A DNA stretch of 64,000 nt, taken from the NCBI GenBank assembly GCA_000165425.1, contig CT868674.1, positions 248,001 through 312,000 of the forward strand. The letters run 5' to 3'. The notes beneath the pieces are model-generated. The model was not told the origin of the DNA and ran no database searches. It saw only the letters and a program-made list of their open reading frames with translations. The translations under genes and the position numbers were made by a program. The number at the start of each line of letters is the position of its first letter. Position 1 is the stretch's first letter. Positions 1 to 14,049 of the stretch are shown piece after piece. The DNA comes from Paramecium tetraurelia. Its lineage: Eukaryota.

Positions 1-3000
1 AGTAAAATCATAAGAACAATTAGGATACTGCTTGCAAAAGTGGAATGAAGTATAATCAAATTGATTGCATGTAAAGGAATCAAGTTCTGTTACATTAAAG
101 CAGATACTATTGTGAAATACACAATATTATCCTTTTAATTTATTATTCACACATTAATCCTTGTTGATGATCTCATTACAAGTTCGAGGTAGCTAAAATT
201 AACAATACCCATTCAAGAACTCGCAATAGATATTTTGGGATTTGCAAACACTCTAAGATAATCCTGGAAGATCACAAGGCACATTATTGACTTGACCAAC
301 AATGCATTGTGAGTTGAAACCATAACAATTCTATGCACTCATTGAGCATGTTGACCAAGAATACGTTAAGATGGAATCTACTCTCTTGATACAATCAAAG
401 CTTTATGGCAAACATTGTTTAAGATTAGAATTATAGACACATTTTAATTGGTTACTAGTAATGCATGCTTAGTAATTTCTCACTTCACATGCCACTGGAT
501 TATGAGTTCTATGATATTAGCATTGATCTTGATAGAAGATGCATTTCCCAATAGTCCATTATAAACAAGCAGTCTACGACATTGCCAATAAATGGCAATA
601 AGGTATAATGGATGATGTTAAGGCAATACATTTCATACTAGTGGTAGAATAATAACAATTATCTGTTGCTTTACTGCATATTATCTTATTAGTTGAAGTA
701 CTTGCTGCCAAACTAGTACATGTTGACTTATTAAACTCTTAATTAGTGCATCTGGTATCTATGTAATCGAATTTCTAAAAGGTTGTGAATTTGCATCCTT
801 ATGATGGATTGGCAATTTATTTACAAGCATCAGCATTGGCTTGTTCACACAACATTTCACTCAAGTACAATTAATCTAATCTACTCGATGTATTTGATAC
901 ATCAAAACATTTGTTCTGATCAAATAAACAAGTTCCAGTAGTATATTATACGCATCTGTGAAAATTGATTGATTGACTAGCACCACAATCAGTTAAAACA
1001 TCATTTCTTACTTCGCAATTTAAAGTGCTCTCATTGAATTAGCAATGATGGTAATAGTGATATTAAATAGAGGTTGAAGCTCTTTGTGAAGTACAAGCCT
1101 GTCGATTGAGTTAAAATTGATCGCAGTATTGGAATAGCTGATCGTATTATCTGCATTCAGCGAAGTAAGTGTCCCACATGCATTTCTAATTCTGAGTCTC
1201 AATGCTCTTACATGTTGATTATGATACATAGGCAGTACAACTCAACTAGCTTAGCATTTCTTAACTAGTATCCATACATTTATCATTCAAAATATCGTAA
1301 TAACACTTACTAGTAGATTATAAACATGCAAATCTATTAAAATTGGATGAGCAATTGTTAATAATGATATCATTGTAACATAACTTTAGCTTTTCATCGT
1401 AAATACATGGTTGATTACTGTATACATTCATAACACACACATTTCGATTTACATTTCTCCATGAGATGCATTGAATATTATTCACTTCCTATATTGACAA
1501 TTCTACGCACTTCCCTTGATTCCATTGTCTGAATTGCTTAATGACATTCACATTGTAGCAATCACTCTCCTCTTAAATGAGTTGATCTTGTTGGGATCCT
1601 TCATAACAGGAGAATGACTCCCAATCATAGAGGCAATCATTAGTCGGATTTCTCACCTTAGCATTAAGACAGACTCTGAATGACACATTGGTTAATTGGT
1701 TGCAATAGTAGGTATCACTATTCAAAATAGTCATACACTAATTCAAATAGTCATCCCATTTACAGAGATCATTGACAATATTATAGCAATGGTACTTGTT
1801 AATCATTCTGTTGTTGCAATTAATTTGTAATTTGACCTAATATTCACATTGGTAATTAATTGGATTAAACATAACTAAAATAGTCTATATAAATAGATAT
1901 ACAATTATCTTTCCTAAAGTTTATACACATATTCCTGTTCATTTTGTACACATATGGCAGTGTATTAAACAAGTACTTCAATTCGTAATCAATGAAATTA
2001 ATGCATTGTTCATTATACCAAATGCAATGTTGATCCGATTTCTAGATTTTCAAGCATACATACTTGTTGAATGCTTGTTGGCATGTCAATGAAAATGCGT
2101 AAGCCTCGCTCATCGAAAAACAATGACCGTCTTACCAATCACAATAATCTTACAAATATTTACAATAATAGATATCTATTCCTAATTGATTACATCCATA
2201 CAAAGGCATACATGACAACAGGTCATTCTGTTCATTTTCATCGATGCCCTGCCATAAACAGATTCCACTGGATAAACAATCAGGTTTCTTCCTAAGACTA
2301 AAACAAAAGTTTGAACAATATTGTTTGTTGATATCAAAATAACAGTACTTTATTTGTTCACATCGATAATAAGGTTCGAAATCTCGTTGTAACATGCATT
2401 CCTAGTCCAAGTCAACCTTTGACTCCCCTTCTCGACATGTGAATTCTTGAGTTTTGTTTGGGATGTAGCATTTCCTTGTTTTTGATTTGTAGATTGAACA
2501 TAACTAATAGCTCAATTATTTGCATTAGATCTGATTGTCATCAATAAAGGAAGTAGTAGCCAATAGAGCTGGCGACACTTGTTGACATCTGCCATTCATA
2601 AATATCACAAAACTAGTGTTTTTTTCGACGTACTTGCAATAGAGATGATTGACTCCAAAAGTATCTTGAGACAGATTAATTAAAAGGTTGAAATCGTCGT
2701 CATCTCTAATGTCAATGGCATTGCATCCCAGTCGAAATCTGTTGCTTTCGGTTTAATACTTCTCCCCAAACATAAAGGGTTTGAAGAATTGATTTCGGGT
2801 ATAGCTATTTTATAATAAACTTAAATCTTAATCTATTTTTTATGCTGAATTCAATATATATTGATTCACTTCCCACTACAAATCAGGCTCATATGACAAC
2901 AATTCCCATAAGACTGTGTGATGGATGACCAAATAGTTGGTTACATATTGACAAGCATTACTACTGTAATAGACCACGTTAAAGTTCTCCTGGATTTTGT

Positions 3001-3435
3001 TGATATCTTGTCCCGTGACAGTCAAGCATTGGTTGTTCTCCCATTTACAAATAGAGTGTGGATTCTGTATTGCTAGACAGCCGTATCGGTTGAGATTATC
3101 GGAGCATTGTTCGCTCTCCAAATCATTAATCTACTAGCATCTTCCGTCGAACTTGCCTTTCATTAACACATTTAATACAGTATGCGACTTTTGCGATGCT
3201 GGATCCCAATTGGGATGTGCACCCGACTTTATTTATGTAGATATTGCATCCAATTAGATAATTATCACTTTCCTTGCATTATTCAAACACGAAATCCCAC
3301 ATGCCTAATCTGAATCACATACTTACAATAAACTTATTCACTTGAAATGCATTCCGAGTAAGTTTGATGCTCTAAACACTTATCTATCAGACCAAGCGTA
3401 CTTTAGCATAAAAATAATAAATAAACAATCATCAT
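1..3435 (-). CDS. Large cysteine-rich secreted/surface protein, 3' end outside the window
   Basis: Ciliate-code ORF MMIVYLLFLCQSTLGLIDKC... with a signal-peptide-like start. Periodic C..LN...C....C.W....C repeats (e.g. CSDNLNRYGCLAIQNPHSICKWENNQC). Tiny GT..AG introns near 3305-3326, 3160-3182 and 1875-1902. Confidence 0.8.
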
Positions 3436-3537
3436 ATTATAATAATTATTATATAATAATCCTCCCAATAATCATTGAATTCATTTGGATCTAAAAATTG
3501 GCATGTAATCATTTACAATTTAATATATCTAGAAACC

Positions 3538-5529
3538 ATGAACGAAGAAGAATCCACCTCATTCCATCAATTGTCAGCAAACGACAGAGCATCCAATTTA
3601 CAATACATGTAAACTTGGTTTCTCAATCAAAAATTAGCCATCACCAACACTGAATTGCTCACCACACAAATCTTTGAAGATCTCAAAAAACAATGCGAAT
3701 TACAAATCGATATCCTCCAATCCTCCCCAGAATTCCAAGAAACCAAACTATTGCTTAACTCCTTCTATGCCCAAGCACACAGAATCAACTTGAAAATCAA
3801 GAGAAAAACAGAACCTCGCTCCCAATTCCAAGACAGAATCAAGTACTACAAAGTCAACGAGGATGAGGAAGTCGAAAAGAACAGAGAAATATTGATCGAA
3901 GTCAAAAAGAAACTGCTCTGTGTTATTAGAATATCCAAAGCCATCCCCTTCGTCATCAATTTCATTAAATCCTAAAATGTGAGAGACAAACAATACAAAC
4001 TCACCTTAATGGTCGAAGATGCCTTGTTAGACGGCATCAATTGGTATCTTATGCTCCACAATATCAAAGACTCCTAATGGAATAAGGAATTGCCATAGGA
4101 ATGCAAACTAAAGGAAATTCTCCACTAATTGCTCACCATCATTTGGCAATAGAGACAGGACTTGAAGAACGAATTAAATGAAATCTTCTTTCGGTTAAAA
4201 AAGACCCAACTTATCAAATTGTTGGATAAGCAAGGGGAAATAGGTGAAAAGAACGATGAGTTCACATAGCAATCTACCCAAATCTTAAAACAATTACAAG
4301 AGTTTTGCAGTGGACTTGAAACCATCAAACTATCACCCAATAAAGCAAATGGATTGTATTACTTATAAAGGATCCTACTATCGTATTGTTGGGTCAAACA
4401 GATTGAACTCTCAGAAATACTCTATCACACCAGAATTTCAGGTAGACTAGATAAATTAAAATAAGACAAGGATCATAGCAATGTCATTAGATTAAGATAG
4501 AAAATCACATTCTTAAGATTCGTATATCGAATTCCTGCTGTTAAAATGTGGTGTGAATAAAATCAGATCATCCCTTTTGAAATGCAATCAAACATACCTC
4601 AATACCTCCAAGAAGAATATGATCAGTTCATGAGTGATAAAAAAGAAAAACTCTTCTCGGATACAAAGGAAGACTATTTCATTGAGTCCCAATTGAAATT
4701 TCTAGTCAAGAATTTTCAACTTTACAAAAACAAAATCAGAGTCATATTCAATGACTTACGATTCATTTAGAATAAACAAGAGATATATGAACTATATAAA
4801 GAGTATGTGTATGATGGTGATATTGATAAGGTTTAGAATCTACAATTCTAAAAACAATAGAAGGATATCATAATTGCTTGTTGCATACGGAATTTAGAAA
4901 TCAAACTCTCAAATGAAGATTTCACTAAGTCAGTTTTCCCTCTTATTAAGTTCAACTTCCTATTAAAAAAAGAGAAGCACTTTCAATTCCAGCAATCCTC
5001 ATATGATAAGTCTTATTACTCCTTCTTAGCCAAGCCTTCGATTGTTAAGATATTTCTCATCGACATCTTGGCTCTAGAGTAGCCATTTCCGTATATTTTT
5101 GAATACATCTATTATGAAGACGGGAAGTTACAGCAATCTATGAAAAGCACTACTCTTTAAGGCTAATTCTTTTATTGTCCCCAAGTGAGAGAACATTTAT
5201 CCAAAAGATATCAATTTAATATCAAGTTAATTGAAAGTGAAAATAGAGTGACTTTTACTTATCTACCAACTATTCACTATGATTATGTTAAACCAGCTGC
5301 AACCATCTTATGGGAAGACATACTGTTATAGGATCTCAAACTCATTGAATTCAATAGACATTAACTAGTAGATGAAATCAATTTTATGGTTCACAGTCAT
5401 CAATTCTAGACAATCAAGCAATAAATATCACAAGAATCAAAATATTTTAGTGATCATCTTAAAATTATGAATGAGCTCGAAGTATTTTGTAGTTTGAATT
5501 ACAATGGAAAGAAGCTTAGATGTATATGA
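3538..5529 (+). CDS. Hypothetical protein, ~663 aa, intronless
   Basis: Continuous ciliate-code ORF MNEEESTSF...KKLRCI-TGA; no family recognised. Confidence 0.75.
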
Positions 5530-5732
5530 TGATTCTAATTTATCTATTTAATTAATATATTATGATCTATAAAAAGTCTATATATCTTAGAATTTATTGT
5601 TATATTATATTACTATAATGAGTAATCACACTCTAATGTATTTTTAAAACAGATTATTAATGTAAAGGTATTAAAGTAATGTCTATTTAGAATTTATAAT
5701 TATTATTTTAATAAATTTGCATTAATTAAATT

Positions 5733-6419
5733 TCAAGACAGTTATAATTATTACTTAATAATAAGTTCATTAAAAATATTTAGTAAGTCCATTTTAGGTA
5801 TTTAGGGTTTGAGTCTCAAAATCATTTGAATCAAGATTTGATAATCAGTTGCACTGTAGATTCCAAAATCTAAGATTGCTTATTCGATTTCATTCAACAA
5901 ATCCTCGTACTCTATGTTAAAATCCTTGACTGTCAATTCTACTTGGTGCCAAGGTCTAGAAAATATAGAGTAAATGACTCACATTTGATCATTCTTCTTA
6001 TTCACTTTTACTTCATTAGTCTTGATTTTATATAAAGATCCTAATTATATGGTGCTGAATGGAAAAATCTTTTGAGGAGATTTCAGATTTTTTTATCTTC
6101 TCAAAAGGGGTTCTTGGAATAGCAATTAGGTTTCATCGCGAATATTTTTAGGACTCAATGATGTGAAGCTCTCAGAAATAGTCTTGCGTCTAAACAAATA
6201 AGTTGGATAGAGCAAATAATCTTATTTTCTATTGACTCTCTTGCAATTCATAGGTTCAATACTTTGCTTAGGAGAATTGGGAAGTTTTCGTGGCGATATT
6301 AAAATCTGAGGGATTTGCTATGATATTTCCTTTAACTATTATAAATGATTCCAAATCTGTTGGGATATCATGTTTCTACCACCCAAATTACGCGCATCTG
6401 GTGTAAATGGAGGCATCAT
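5733..6419 (-). CDS. Hypothetical protein (~220 aa)
   Basis: MMPPFTPDARNLGGRN...; one 27-nt GTGAG..TAG intron (5956-5982) containing an in-frame TGA; ends QLQLS-TGA. Confidence 0.7.
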
Positions 6420-6583
6420 TCACTTTGAAAAAGTTGTTAAATATAATATAAATTCATTTTTATAATCAAAGTCACATCTCTAATTTCCTTCACATCCTCA
6501 ATAGATATTCAAATGTAACCCAATCATAATTGGTACTCTACACTAATAATACAATAATTATTAGTAATTATTAATAAAAATAA

Positions 6584-7152
6584 TCAAACAAATAGTTTTT
6601 CAGTTTGTATGTTTTCCAAGAATTGTTTAAACTCCCGCATGTTTCTATTGGCTCCTTCCAATGTTTCTTTGATCTGATCCCACTTTTGGGACTTTTGGCT
6701 ATTATGAAATTTAGTTGATTTGAACTGGGTAGGCTCAGTTTTCAATTTCGGAGTGAAATTCCTGTTGGTTAGCATGCCTAAGGGTTTTCTAGGGGACATA
6801 GGCTATTGGATATTTATTTATTTGATTTTCTACCATATATGTTACGGCTTTTGGAATAAGATTGATCATATACGACATCAAATTTGTCCAATCTAGGCAA
6901 TGGACCATCCGGCGGGACACCTCGAAATGGCTTATCTAGTTGTTGTTCTAGTGTCATTTCCAGAAGAACGCGTGCATATAGCAAAGAATTCTATTTCCAA
7001 ATAAAATTATGTGTTGGAGTTCTCACTTTATCCAACCATTACAATATTCTAATCTTCAGGTGTTTTGCATTGATTTTCTAGCAACCATTGTATATTTTAT
7101 TAATAGCTTCACTCAATTCTTGATCAAGGGTCTCTGCTCTTGGAGAATTCAT
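6584..7152 (-). CDS. DUF4485 (CEP112 N-terminal-like) domain protein
   Basis: LDQEL...IRILQWLDKV...WKQNSLLYARVLLEM...LDKPFRGVPPDGPLPRL resembles DUF4485. A 26-nt intron (6848-6873) joins it to ORF 6584-6799. Confidence 0.7.
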
Positions 7153-8336
7153 TAATTTAACGGATAATATATATATTATTAAATACTTAATATTATATCC
7201 ACCCAAAGTTAAGTTTTGAGTTACTTAACCACTATAACTCAAGAAATTCTAGATTCTATTGCTGACAGTAATAGTCCAATGGAAAGCTAACTAAATATAA
7301 ATATTCATTTTAAATAACAATTCCTATTATCTTAATTTACATGGTATCTTAATCTGTAATTTTTATTCATCTGTTAATCATTGAAACTGAAATTAAATCT
7401 CAATTTATTTTTTGCTTAAAATTTATTTGAATTAGTTCAATTTGGCTTATTCAGCTTAATTTAGTAGTTTTCTCAATACTTACCTTTATTAATGTTTTAA
7501 TTAATCCTAATTAAATTTTTAGATTCTTATAAATCATGAATAATTAGAATAGGAATGATTCTATTCTAGATAAAACTATTAATAAATATGTAATATGGTT
7601 AGGTTGATTAACCTTAGTTTAAAAATAACTATTGTTTTTTTGAAACTTAATTATTTATTAAATGTTTAATTGTTATTTAGAATAATTTATAAAAATATAA
7701 CGTGATTTGAGCAACGACTTTGATGTTTAAAAAGTTTTTCAATTTATGAAGAATGAAGGAGGTAAGCTACTGCTAATAGAAAATGTATTTTTCAATTGAT
7801 TTACCAACATTTTCATAGGCCTTGGCTTTTAATTAGGTTTTGAGGTGAACCCTCTAGCTTCAAATTTCAAATCAATAATAAAGTATAGAACAAATTGAAA
7901 TTCCATCTAAAACAGATTGATCAACTCACTTAAAAAAAATTTAGATTCACAGTTTATATACATATTCAAAATGTGTTCACATAAGCAGGATCTATTTGTT
8001 TAAAGTGATAACTCTTTTAAATCGATATGTTGATTTGAGAATTTTGACAATATGTCAATAAAAAGGGAGAAAGCTTGGAGAATGACTATTTTAATTGTAT
8101 TAATCTATAATTTCCATAATATAGCTATTTCTAAAACGAACAAAGTGGCAATTTACTTTCTGGTTACGGATATAATATTAGATTGATTTAGTCATCTAAT
8201 TATAAAGTAACTGGAATCAGCAAGCAAGGATTTAATTGGTTTAAAAAGGATTAATAAATTAACTGAGATTATTCGGTGCATAAAAATATCTAAATTGATA
8301 AATAGATATTAACATTGACTTTTTTATATTAAATTT

Positions 8337-10813
8337 ATGGATCAAAACAACTGGATATAAAAGTCTTCTGTTTAAGAATTTGGAATTGACAAGAGTGTTT
8401 AGCAGCAACAATAGTAAGGATAACCGCCAGCCTCTTTGATTCGAAGAGTGTCTAAACGTAATGTTGCAATCAGGCCCACTCAGGAGACAGGAATGGCTCA
8501 GATTTATGAAACATTTCACCCAGAACAAAAAGCATAGACCCTTGATGATATCAAATTCATCATAAAATGCTTTTAAAGTCATTTTGTATTTAGCTCAATG
8601 ACTGAAACATAATTGTAATACATTATGTTATCCTTAGAACACAATTGGCACACAGTATGTTCTATTGCAAATTACAAACAGGAGAAGCGATAATCAAATA
8701 AGGGGATGGAGCTAGCTCTTTCTTCATAATTTAGAAGGGAAAAATAAATGTCCTGGTGGATAATGTACCACGTAAAGAATTGACAACCGGATTTGGGTTC
8801 GGAGAATTGGCATTATTATATAATGCACCCAGGTCAGCCACATGCATGGCAGTGGAAGAATGCTTTCTATGGGGAATTGACAGACACACTTTTAGAAAGA
8901 GCATAGAGACCATCATGAGGAGTGAATAAGAGAAGAATAGAAAATATTTGGAGAGTGTTAAATTTTTTAGTAATTATATTTGATTAATAAATAGATTAAT
9001 TAACAAGAGAGTAGAAGGATGCCGTCGCAGGAGTGCTCATATCTTAAAAATTTAATTAGGGAGAGATCATAGTGAATGAAGGAGATTAGGCTAGTTCATT
9101 CTACATTATCGTGGAGGGTTAATGCGGAGTTTTCAACAAGGATGGATAATAAATAGCAGTTTTGAATCCAAGTGATTCTTTTGGAGAGTCAGCACTCAAA
9201 CATGAGAATCAGGTGAGAATGATGACCATTAAATCCATCCAAAAAGATACGAAAGTGTTGGCATTGGGAAAAGATATGATCTAATAGATCTTAGGTGATT
9301 AGGTGCAATCCATCATCTACAAAAATATCTGCAAATGGGCCTTGAATTCATCTAAGTTATTCAGCAAGACTCAATCCACATATCAAGATAAATTGTTAGA
9401 AGGAGTGTAAATTAAGAAATTGGCTGCAAATTCTAAAGTAATTACAAAGGGAGACAAAGTTGGACAACTAGTCATCCTACTTGATGTCGATGCAGTTGAT
9501 GAGACCAATGCCAAAGTACTTAAGGGATCGATCCTAGTCGAAGATACATTACAAGATAAACTCTAAGGCACTTCTCATGTCAAAACATTCACAATTGATG
9601 GGGAGGGACATGTAGCCATCATAGATTATGAATCATTCAGAAAGGCACAAGGCAGTGTTGAGAAGATTTAATAAGGAAAGGCTTAGTAATCAGAAAAGGT
9701 CAATGCATATGAAGAGTAAATCAAAAGCTAACCATTCAAAAATTTAATATACCTTAATAAATTAGGATCAGGTTAATTTGGTTCTGTTTACTTATGCAAA
9801 TTCAAGGAATTGGAGACTCTGTTTGCTCTCAAATATGTTACCAGAGCACATGTGTAATAATTTGGAATTCAAAAACACATTTAATAAGAGAAGGCTGTCC
9901 TAGAATTGATGGATCATCCATTCATTCTTAAATTTTATAGATCCTACAAAGACAATGAAAATATCTATTTCTTGACTGAGTATATTCCAGGAATGGAATT
10001 GTTCGATGCCATCAGAGTTATTGGTAATGCTATTGAAATTATTATCATATAGGATTATTGAGTAAGTATGATGCACAATTCTATGCTGCTCAAATGTTGT
10101 TGTAAATGGAATATTTGCATACATAACACAGCATTGTTTACAGAGATATTAAACCAGAGAACATTATGGTGGATGATAAGGGATTCTTGAAGTTAATTGA
10201 TATGGGTACAGCTAAGTCATTTAAGAATCAATGTAAGAATACTGTTCATAACTATTATAGAATCATCGAAGACATTCACAATCATTGGAACACCTCATTA
10301 CATGGCACCAGAAGTAATTTCAGGAAAGGGTTATGGCTACTTTGCAGATCTCTGGAGTGTGGGAGTTTGTATTTATGAATTCATCTGTGGTGGATTGCCA
10401 TTTGGTGAAGAGGCAGAAGATCCCTTTGAAATTTACAAGGAAATCATCAAGAAACCCATCAGCTATCCTCACTTTATGTCTGATAAATCTGCCAAGCCTT
10501 TCATTGAACAATTGATGAATAAGATCCCAGAAGTTAGATTAGGAGGATCCTACACTACTTTGAAGTCTCATGCTTGGTTCAAAGATTTTGATTGGGTAAT
10601 CAATCATCTTTTAACCGTTTCTAGGAAAAGCTATGGACCAAGTCACTGAAAGCTCCCTTATTGCCAGGAAAGGACAAAATCATGACTCCAGCCCAGATTC
10701 AGACTGGCTAACAACGTGGAGTCTTAGTTCATGATCAAATTTAGAAGGATACTTCTGGGTAGAAGAAGGTATTGGCTAGTGCAAAGGATGCAGAATGGGA
10801 CAGTGTGTTTTGA
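8337..10813 (+). CDS. PKG: cGMP-dependent protein kinase (alveolate-type PKG)
   Basis: cNMP domains with [15 protein letters not shown] and [16 protein letters not shown], plus a degenerate third domain. AGC kinase motifs [33 protein letters not shown]; ends WDSVF-TGA; five tiny introns. Confidence 0.92.
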
Positions 10814-10922
10814 TTAGGCTTTGATATTATAATAATAGTACAAATTCCTTTGGTAATCTTTTTATGTTTTTATTCAGTTATGGGTTTATTTTGCATTATA
10901 TTTTATAATATATTATAAAACT

Positions 10923-13757
10923 ATGTAGATCAGCCAGAATCTGAGGAGATGCATCAACTTTCACAAGGTGGTTTAATAGTTATATGAGTCAGGAGAAATA
11001 AATTTCAAAGAAAAGAATAAACTTAAAACTGAATTCAACACCAACAATGAAGACATATTGTATTTGATAGAGGGTAAGAAATACACTTAAATAAGAAGAC
11101 ATGGACAAGGAGGATTTTAAACAATAGTTAGTTGAATACATTAAATCTAAGCATTAATCTTTTAAAATACCCAATTCCCCTGGTCTTAGAAGAAAGTCAC
11201 TACTATCTGAATCCAGTCCTACCATTGGCAGAAAGAGTGGCTTCTCCAAAGAAAGCAAAATCACAGAAGAAGAATTGATTGACCACATTACTAAGCTTAG
11301 AGAAGCACTCTTTGAAGTTTACCAATCAAGATCGAGTGCCTTCACATTTTTAGTGTAGGATCATCTGAAGTCATTGAGTCAATTCATTTCCAAAATATCT
11401 AACAAAAGTCCTTAGGCTTCCCTCAACTTACTCTAGGAATAGAATATTGCTGAAGACATTGAATAATACTATAAATAATTGAAGAATCAATTTTTGAATA
11501 CGCATTCTTTGTTAATTAACGATAACATAGTTTCGGTTGCTTCCAAACTTGTGTAGAATTTATTGAATTGTGATGAATTCACCTTTATTAATCCTCAGTA
11601 TGGAATATACGATTCAACCAAAAATTCTTTCAATAATATTGAATCCGATGATTATTTGCAAGATTTAATATCTGTGACCACCAATGTCAATCTGCTCACT
11701 GAAAATCAATCGAAACTCTCTCTAATGTTCGCTTAGTATAGCAGAACCTATACTCTCAGAATATAGGATGAGTGTTTCTTCTATCATCAAAGATAAGTCA
11801 GAGATACACTTCTAAATTTGACATTAGATTACAAATGTCTCAATGAAGTTCAAATATTGAGTAAGTTAATATCCAAAGCAACCATCGAAGCAAGAGTATA
11901 ATTAATTAGCCCTATTCAAATTGGAAATATGATAATTGATATAGGAGTGGAATTCGTTAGATGTAGTAAATATCTATTTATTAATCAAATCATTAATTTA
12001 TTGCGTACTAAATACACAATTGAAAAAAAAGAGGCTGAAAGTTAAGGGTCCTTTGGATCCGTTTCATGTACCAATCTTTCTCCTACTAGCAAATAGGCTA
12101 AGTTTACTAAAATACAATTTAAGGATATATTGCCAATAGAAATTACTATTATTGGAATAAATTTAAATAAGAAAGATGACTTACAGATATATAAGACTAT
12201 TACTAATCTTTATACCAAATACTTAAAGTTCATCGAGTTGAGTTACGATAGGATAATATTTTATAAATATTTTATTAAATCCAAAGATTCAATAATGTTG
12301 GAATTCGATAAAGAGGGCAAGTTGGCCTTTTTATCCAGGCCAATTCCTCCCTCTTTGAGTCGGGAATTTTAGTTAAGCTATTGCCCCAGAGGACATTATT
12401 ATCAAATAATAAAGAATGAAATTTTGTTGAAGGTGATTGAACAACACTTGGAGAACAAATGGAATATTTAATATACTGATCAGTTGTATGAGATTTTTAT
12501 GAAGGCCAGAAATAAGAAATTCAAGGGATTCGCCATCATATTCTCCGAAGGATTCTTACAAACAAGGAGTTTGGAGACTGAAGCCAAAAAGATTAAATTG
12601 AGATAGGAAGCCACATAGTACTTATCGAATTTAGAATAAAACAATCCAGAAATAAAAGATACGATATTGTCCTTCTATATTCCATCACAGGTATAAGTTC
12701 CAGGAATTATACACAAAAAGAAAAAGAGTATGATTAATGGATTGATTGACACTATCCAAATAAATTTAATTGATTTAGAGAGTATTGAGAAAGAAGCCAT
12801 TTGTATAGATTAGATAGACAGTTTCGATTTCAATATATTCAAAATAGAAAACAATTCGATAGAGAAATAAAGAATAGTTTATTAGATATTGAACAGAAAT
12901 AATTTTATTGAGATATTTGAGATTGACAAAAACAGATTATGTGAATTTTTGGGTGAATTGGAATATCGATATGACAAACGTAGGAACCCTTTCCACAACT
13001 ACAATCACGGTGTGAATGTCATGCATAGTTGTCATGTTATCATGAATAAAATGATCAATTAACCACAATACAAGGTACTCTTTGATTAATTAACTAAACT
13101 ATCCTTAATCTTGAGTGGATTGTGTCACGACGTAGGACATACAGGCAGAACAAATATATTTGAAATCAACAATTTTTCTGAAAAAGCCATAAGATATCAC
13201 GATAAGAATGTATTGGAATAATACCATGCTGCTACAGCACTGAAATTGTTATTGAAAGAAAGGATGAATTTCTTAAAGAATGTAGACTTTAGGCAATTTA
13301 GAGAAAAATTTATACAGAACATCATATTCACTGATAAGTAGGAACATTTCAATCTACTCAAATTTTTTGAAGCCAATAATGAGAAAGATATTAAAATTAT
13401 AACTGGAATGATCATTCACACTTCGGATTTTGCAGGGGCATCGGCAAAGTGGCCTATTTCTAAGTAATGGTCTTTGAGAGTGAATCAGGAGTTTTAAGCG
13501 CAATTTGAAGAGGAAGGAAGATTAGGACTACCCTAATAACCATTTATGAAGGATTTATAGAAGGTATTTAAATCATTCTGAATTAGATATCTGTTTTGTC
13601 GAAATCAGAAATAGGGTTCTATAAATTCTTTGTTCGTCCCTTGTATGTATCATTGTCTAAATTTATGGATCATTAATTATAGGATAGAATCGATAATATT
13701 GATGAAACCATTATCGAATGGGATTCTCTGGCATCTTAAGAGAATCAATAACAATGA
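10923..13757 (+). CDS. Class I 3',5'-cyclic nucleotide phosphodiesterase
   Basis: C-terminal NPFHNYNHG, CHDVGHTGRTN, VLEQYH, TD, HTSDF, WSLRVNQEF and GLP..PFM motifs; long uncharacterised N-terminus; two introns. Confidence 0.92.
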
Positions 13758-14049
13758 AATTGCTCATTTATTTTTGTATTAAATATATAAATGAGTAACA
13801 ACATTATTATACTAAAGTAATCTTAATTATTTTGAATTGTAATTTACCAATATAAATGTGAAGATCACAGAATTCTAAGATATCAATGTATTTATTATCA
13901 CAAGACTTACAAAAATAAATTTTGGAATAAACTTAGACGACAAATGAAATTATCTATAATTTATGCATTACCTGTATGAATTTATTCAATATAATATTTA
14001 TGCATTATATTTCAAAAATTGTTATAGAATGAATACTATATGAAAATTA

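Noticed and set aside
3609..3637. GTAAAC..TTAG possible intron
   Set aside because: The unspliced frame is open; splicing creates an early TGA.
4201..5000. Faint IP3R/RyR-like phrases (ILKQLQEFCSG; LEIK...SVFP)
   Set aside because: Too short, and there are no TM or pore motifs in this protein.
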